The notes under the pieces were generated by a model. It did no database searches. It was not told the DNA's origin and saw nothing but the letters and a program-made list of their open reading frames with translations. A stretch of DNA of 64,000 bases from a bacterium (GTDB lineage: Bacteria; Patescibacteriota; Minisyncoccia; Phycocordibacterales; UBA6899): the NCBI GenBank assembly GCA_043743715.1, contig JAYTWK010000015.1:6576-70575 (forward strand), given 5' to 3'. Below, piece by piece: positions 61,314-64,000 of this stretch (position 1 is the stretch's first letter; each line of letters opens with the position of its first letter). Both the position numbers and the translations under genes were made by a program.

Positions 61314-61835
61314 TCAGCCTTGCCAGCGCGGAAGATAGAGCTGCGGCACATCCTTGCGCTCGCCTATTGCGTACGCGTAGCATGCGGCTGCGTCATCGAC
61401 AAAGACATTGCGCTGGTTTTCGGGAAAACGGCGCACCATCGCGATTGCGACAGCGGTCCGCTTGAAACCATAACCGCGGTAGTCACTCGCGCGGTTCATG
61501 TGTCGCAGAGTAGCTTCGATGGCTGCGAAGTCAAGCTTGAGGTCGGCATTGTTGTGCAGAAACGTTTCGCGCCAACGCTTTGAAGCCCGACGTGACCGAT
61601 AGTAGAAGGACTCAAACACAGCAGCCACCACAAGTACGAGGCAGACAGCGAGTCCAGAGTACAGCCACTCGCGGTGAATGATCCACACTTGGGGGCTTGT
61701 GAGCGCGCTGACGATACAGATGAGTACGACGAACCACAGAGCATACACCACCTCCTCGAGCTTGCTTGGCTTGTTTGAGGGATAGTTGATGTATTGCGGT
61801 TCTCCTACATGTGCGGTATGTGCGGACATGGACAT
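61314..61835 (-). CDS. Hypothetical membrane protein
   Basis: 173-aa ORF with two TM segments and an upstream TATTAT -10-like box. Confidence 0.6.
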   Translation of the reverse strand: MSMSAHTAHVGEPQYINYPSNKPSKLEEVVYALWFVVLICIVSALTSPQVWIIHREWLYSGLAVCLVLVVAAVFESFYYRSRRASKRWRETFLHNNADLKLDFAAIEATLRHMNRASDYRGYGFKRTAVAIAMVRRFPENQRNVFVDDAAACYAYAIGERKDVPQLYLPRWQG

Positions 61836-61962
61836 GATGTATTTCCCTAAATCAGTTAAACAACAAAAAACCAGACTTTATAATACCTATTTCATATAAA
61901 TTGTCAAATTATATGTGGTAATTCATAGCCAAATAGAGTCAGAATTCGTATAATAGTTAGGT

Positions 61963-62874
61963 ATGATCTCTCGAAATAAGTATCGCGACCTGTTGTGGAT
62001 CGACGCCGAGCGCCCGACCCATGAAGAGATACGCGCGCTGATGGATGAATTCGATATTCACCCGATAGTGGCGGACGAGCTCCTCACTCCCTCACTGCGT
62101 CCCAAGGTAGACCATTACGAAAATTTCATCTACCTCATACTCCACTTCCCTGCTATCCGCCACTCACATTCAAATGTCAGCCAGGAGGTCGACTTCATCA
62201 TCGGCAAGAAGTTCATCATCACCGTGCGCTATGAGCTCCTCGACCCGCTCCACAAATTCTCGAAGGTGTTCGAGGTGAATTCAATACTCGACAAGTCAGA
62301 CATCGGCGAGCATGCCGGATTTTTGTTCTTCTATATGATCAGGAAGATCTACTCGTCGCTGCAGCATGAGCTCTCTATCATCGGCGAGCGCCTAAAGGAT
62401 GTGGAAGATCGCATCTTCAGCGGACAAGAAAGAGCAATGGTGCAGAGTCTCTCAAACACGCACCGTGACCTCCTTGCCTTCCATCGTGCGATGCGCCTGC
62501 ATAAGCCGGTACTCTCCTCGCTCGGCGTCGCATGTGAAGAATTCTTCGGCAAGGATTTCCGCCACTATACCGACAACATCATCGGCGAATATTATAAAGT
62601 AGATGAGCTTCTTGAGGATCAGAAAGAAGTCCTGAACGACCTGCGCTCAACCAATGACTCACTCCTCTCGACCAAGACCAATGAAATCATGAAGGCCTTG
62701 ACCGCCACCACATTCCTGATGCTTCCTGCCACCCTGATTGCCCAGATATTCAGTATGCAGACACAGGATATTCCCATCGTTCACCAAGCAAACAGCTTCT
62801 ATATCATTATCGGCATCATGCTTTCGGTCGCCTTTTGTACGTTCATCTTCTTCCGCAGTAAGAAGTGGTTGTGA
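61963..62874 (+). CDS. CorA-family divalent cation transporter
   Basis: RPKVD, TNEIMKALT, two C-terminal TM segments, ends KKWL; the usual GMN motif reads SMQ. Confidence 0.85.
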   Translation: MISRNKYRDLLWIDAERPTHEEIRALMDEFDIHPIVADELLTPSLRPKVDHYENFIYLILHFPAIRHSHSNVSQEVDFIIGKKFIITVRYELLDPLHKFSKVFEVNSILDKSDIGEHAGFLFFYMIRKIYSSLQHELSIIGERLKDVEDRIFSGQERAMVQSLSNTHRDLLAFHRAMRLHKPVLSSLGVACEEFFGKDFRHYTDNIIGEYYKVDELLEDQKEVLNDLRSTNDSLLSTKTNEIMKALTATTFLMLPATLIAQIFSMQTQDIPIVHQANSFYIIIGIMLSVAFCTFIFFRSKKWL

Positions 62875-62885
62875 TATAATAGGTC

Positions 62886-64000
62886 ATGGCGCTCAAGCTC
62901 TACAACACTGCCTCGCGCAGCCTTGAAGTATTTACTCCACTTTCAGGTGATGCGGTCGCGCATGCCCCGTATACGGTGACGATGTATAACTGCGGGCCGA
63001 CGGTATATAACTACGTGCACATCGGCAACCTGCGCGCATATGTGTTCGCCGATATCCTGCGGCGCGCACTCGAACGCGACGGATATGACGTGAAGCAGAT
63101 AGTGAACATCACCGACGTCGGACACTTGGTCTCGGACGGTGATGAAGGCGAGGACAAGATGACGGTAGGCGCTACCCGCGAAGGCAAGAGTGTTGAAGAA
63201 ATCATCGCACTCTATTCTGACGCGTTCCATGCCGACATAAAGTCGCTGAATGTGCACATGGCGCAGAAATTCCCACGTGCAACGGCATATATAAAAGAGC
63301 AGAAAGAAATGATTGAAGTGCTCGCACAGAAAGGATTCGCGTACATCACCTCCGACGGGATTTATTTTGATACTGAAAAATTTCCCGCTTATCCTGACTT
63401 CGCCAAGCTCGATGTCTCAGGTATGCAGCCAGGCTTGCGTATCGACATGGGCGAAAAGAAAAGCAGCACCGATTTTGCATTGTGGAAATTCTCTCCCGAG
63501 GATGGCAAGCATCGCGAGCAGGAATGGGATTCCCCTCTTGATATCACGAGGAAAGGTTTCCCCGGCTGGCATATCGAATGTTCGGCCATCATTAAGACAG
63601 AGCTCGGCGATACTATTGATATCCATACCGGCGGCATCGATCATATCCCGGTCCATCACACCAATGAGATAGCGCAGAGTACTTGTGCCAACGGCGTAGA
63701 GCTCGCGCGCTTCTGGATGCACAGCGCATTCATGAATGTCGAGGGAGAGAAGATGTCGAAGTCACTCGGCAATACATATCGGCTCATCGATCTGCGTGAG
63801 CGCGGTATTCCCCCCTTAGCATTCCGCTACTGGCTCCTCACCGCGCACTATCGCACGCAAGTGAACTTCACATGGGAGGCGCTCGCCGCCGCGCAGTCCG
63901 GATACAACAAACTGACCAGTGCTGTGTACGAACTTCCGCGCGCGACCGATGCATCACCGATAAAAGAGTACATGGATGAATTCGTCGCCACCCTTGAAGA
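62886..64000 (+). CDS. cysS: Cysteinyl-tRNA synthetase (runs off the window; not in the ORF track)
   Basis: MALKLYNT...CGPTVY..VHIGN, DFALWK, PGWHIECS, HHTNEIAQ, KMSKS. Confidence 0.96.
   Translation, partial: MALKLYNTASRSLEVFTPLSGDAVAHAPYTVTMYNCGPTVYNYVHIGNLRAYVFADILRRALERDGYDVKQIVNITDVGHLVSDGDEGEDKMTVGATREGKSVEEIIALYSDAFHADIKSLNVHMAQKFPRATAYIKEQKEMIEVLAQKGFAYITSDGIYFDTEKFPAYPDFAKLDVSGMQPGLRIDMGEKKSSTDFALWKFSPEDGKHREQEWDSPLDITRKGFPGWHIECSAIIKTELGDTIDIHTGGIDHIPVHHTNEIAQSTCANGVELARFWMHSAFMNVEGEKMSKSLGNTYRLIDLRERGIPPLAFRYWLLTAHYRTQVNFTWEALAAAQSGYNKLTSAVYELPRATDASPIKEYMDEFVATLE

Overview
64 kb of a chromosome from a Patescibacteria (CPR, probably Parcubacteria-type) bacterium. The lineage is inferred from trimmed aminoacyl-tRNA synthetases, CPR-typical hypothetical proteins and pervasive leaderless-style gene starts. 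Most of the window is housekeeping: mltG, murC, mnmA, galU, pyrH, tsaC, alaS, infA-rpmJ-rpsMKD-rpoA-rplQ-rplM-rpsI, grpE-dnaK-dnaJ, trpS, aspS (with T-box), scpAB, mraY-ftsW-murG, gltX, tRNA-Pro(GGG), rpmA, rplI, an S41 protease, corA and cysS. Five things stand out. (1) A cupin / ThiF adenylyltransferase / PaaK-type ligase / nitroreductase / 7TM histidine kinase cluster (28.0-33.8 kb) looks like a small-molecule signal synthase plus receptor. (2) An AT-rich NUDIX / histidine phosphatase / nucleotidyltransferase cassette is bracketed by a 29-bp duplication of the trpS promoter. (3) Six dispersed 122-130 nt imperfect hairpins share arm motifs and show compensatory changes. (4) Two ~120-bp CCCGTTAGAG...CTCTAACGGG elements with 4-bp target duplications sit in gene starts and carry internal ATGA stop-restart junctions. 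(5) Heptamer-period repeats, a single-chain restriction-modification gene plus ParA interrupting the dcw cluster, and a structured tRNA-downstream region. All protein calls come from motif recognition; no database searches were run.
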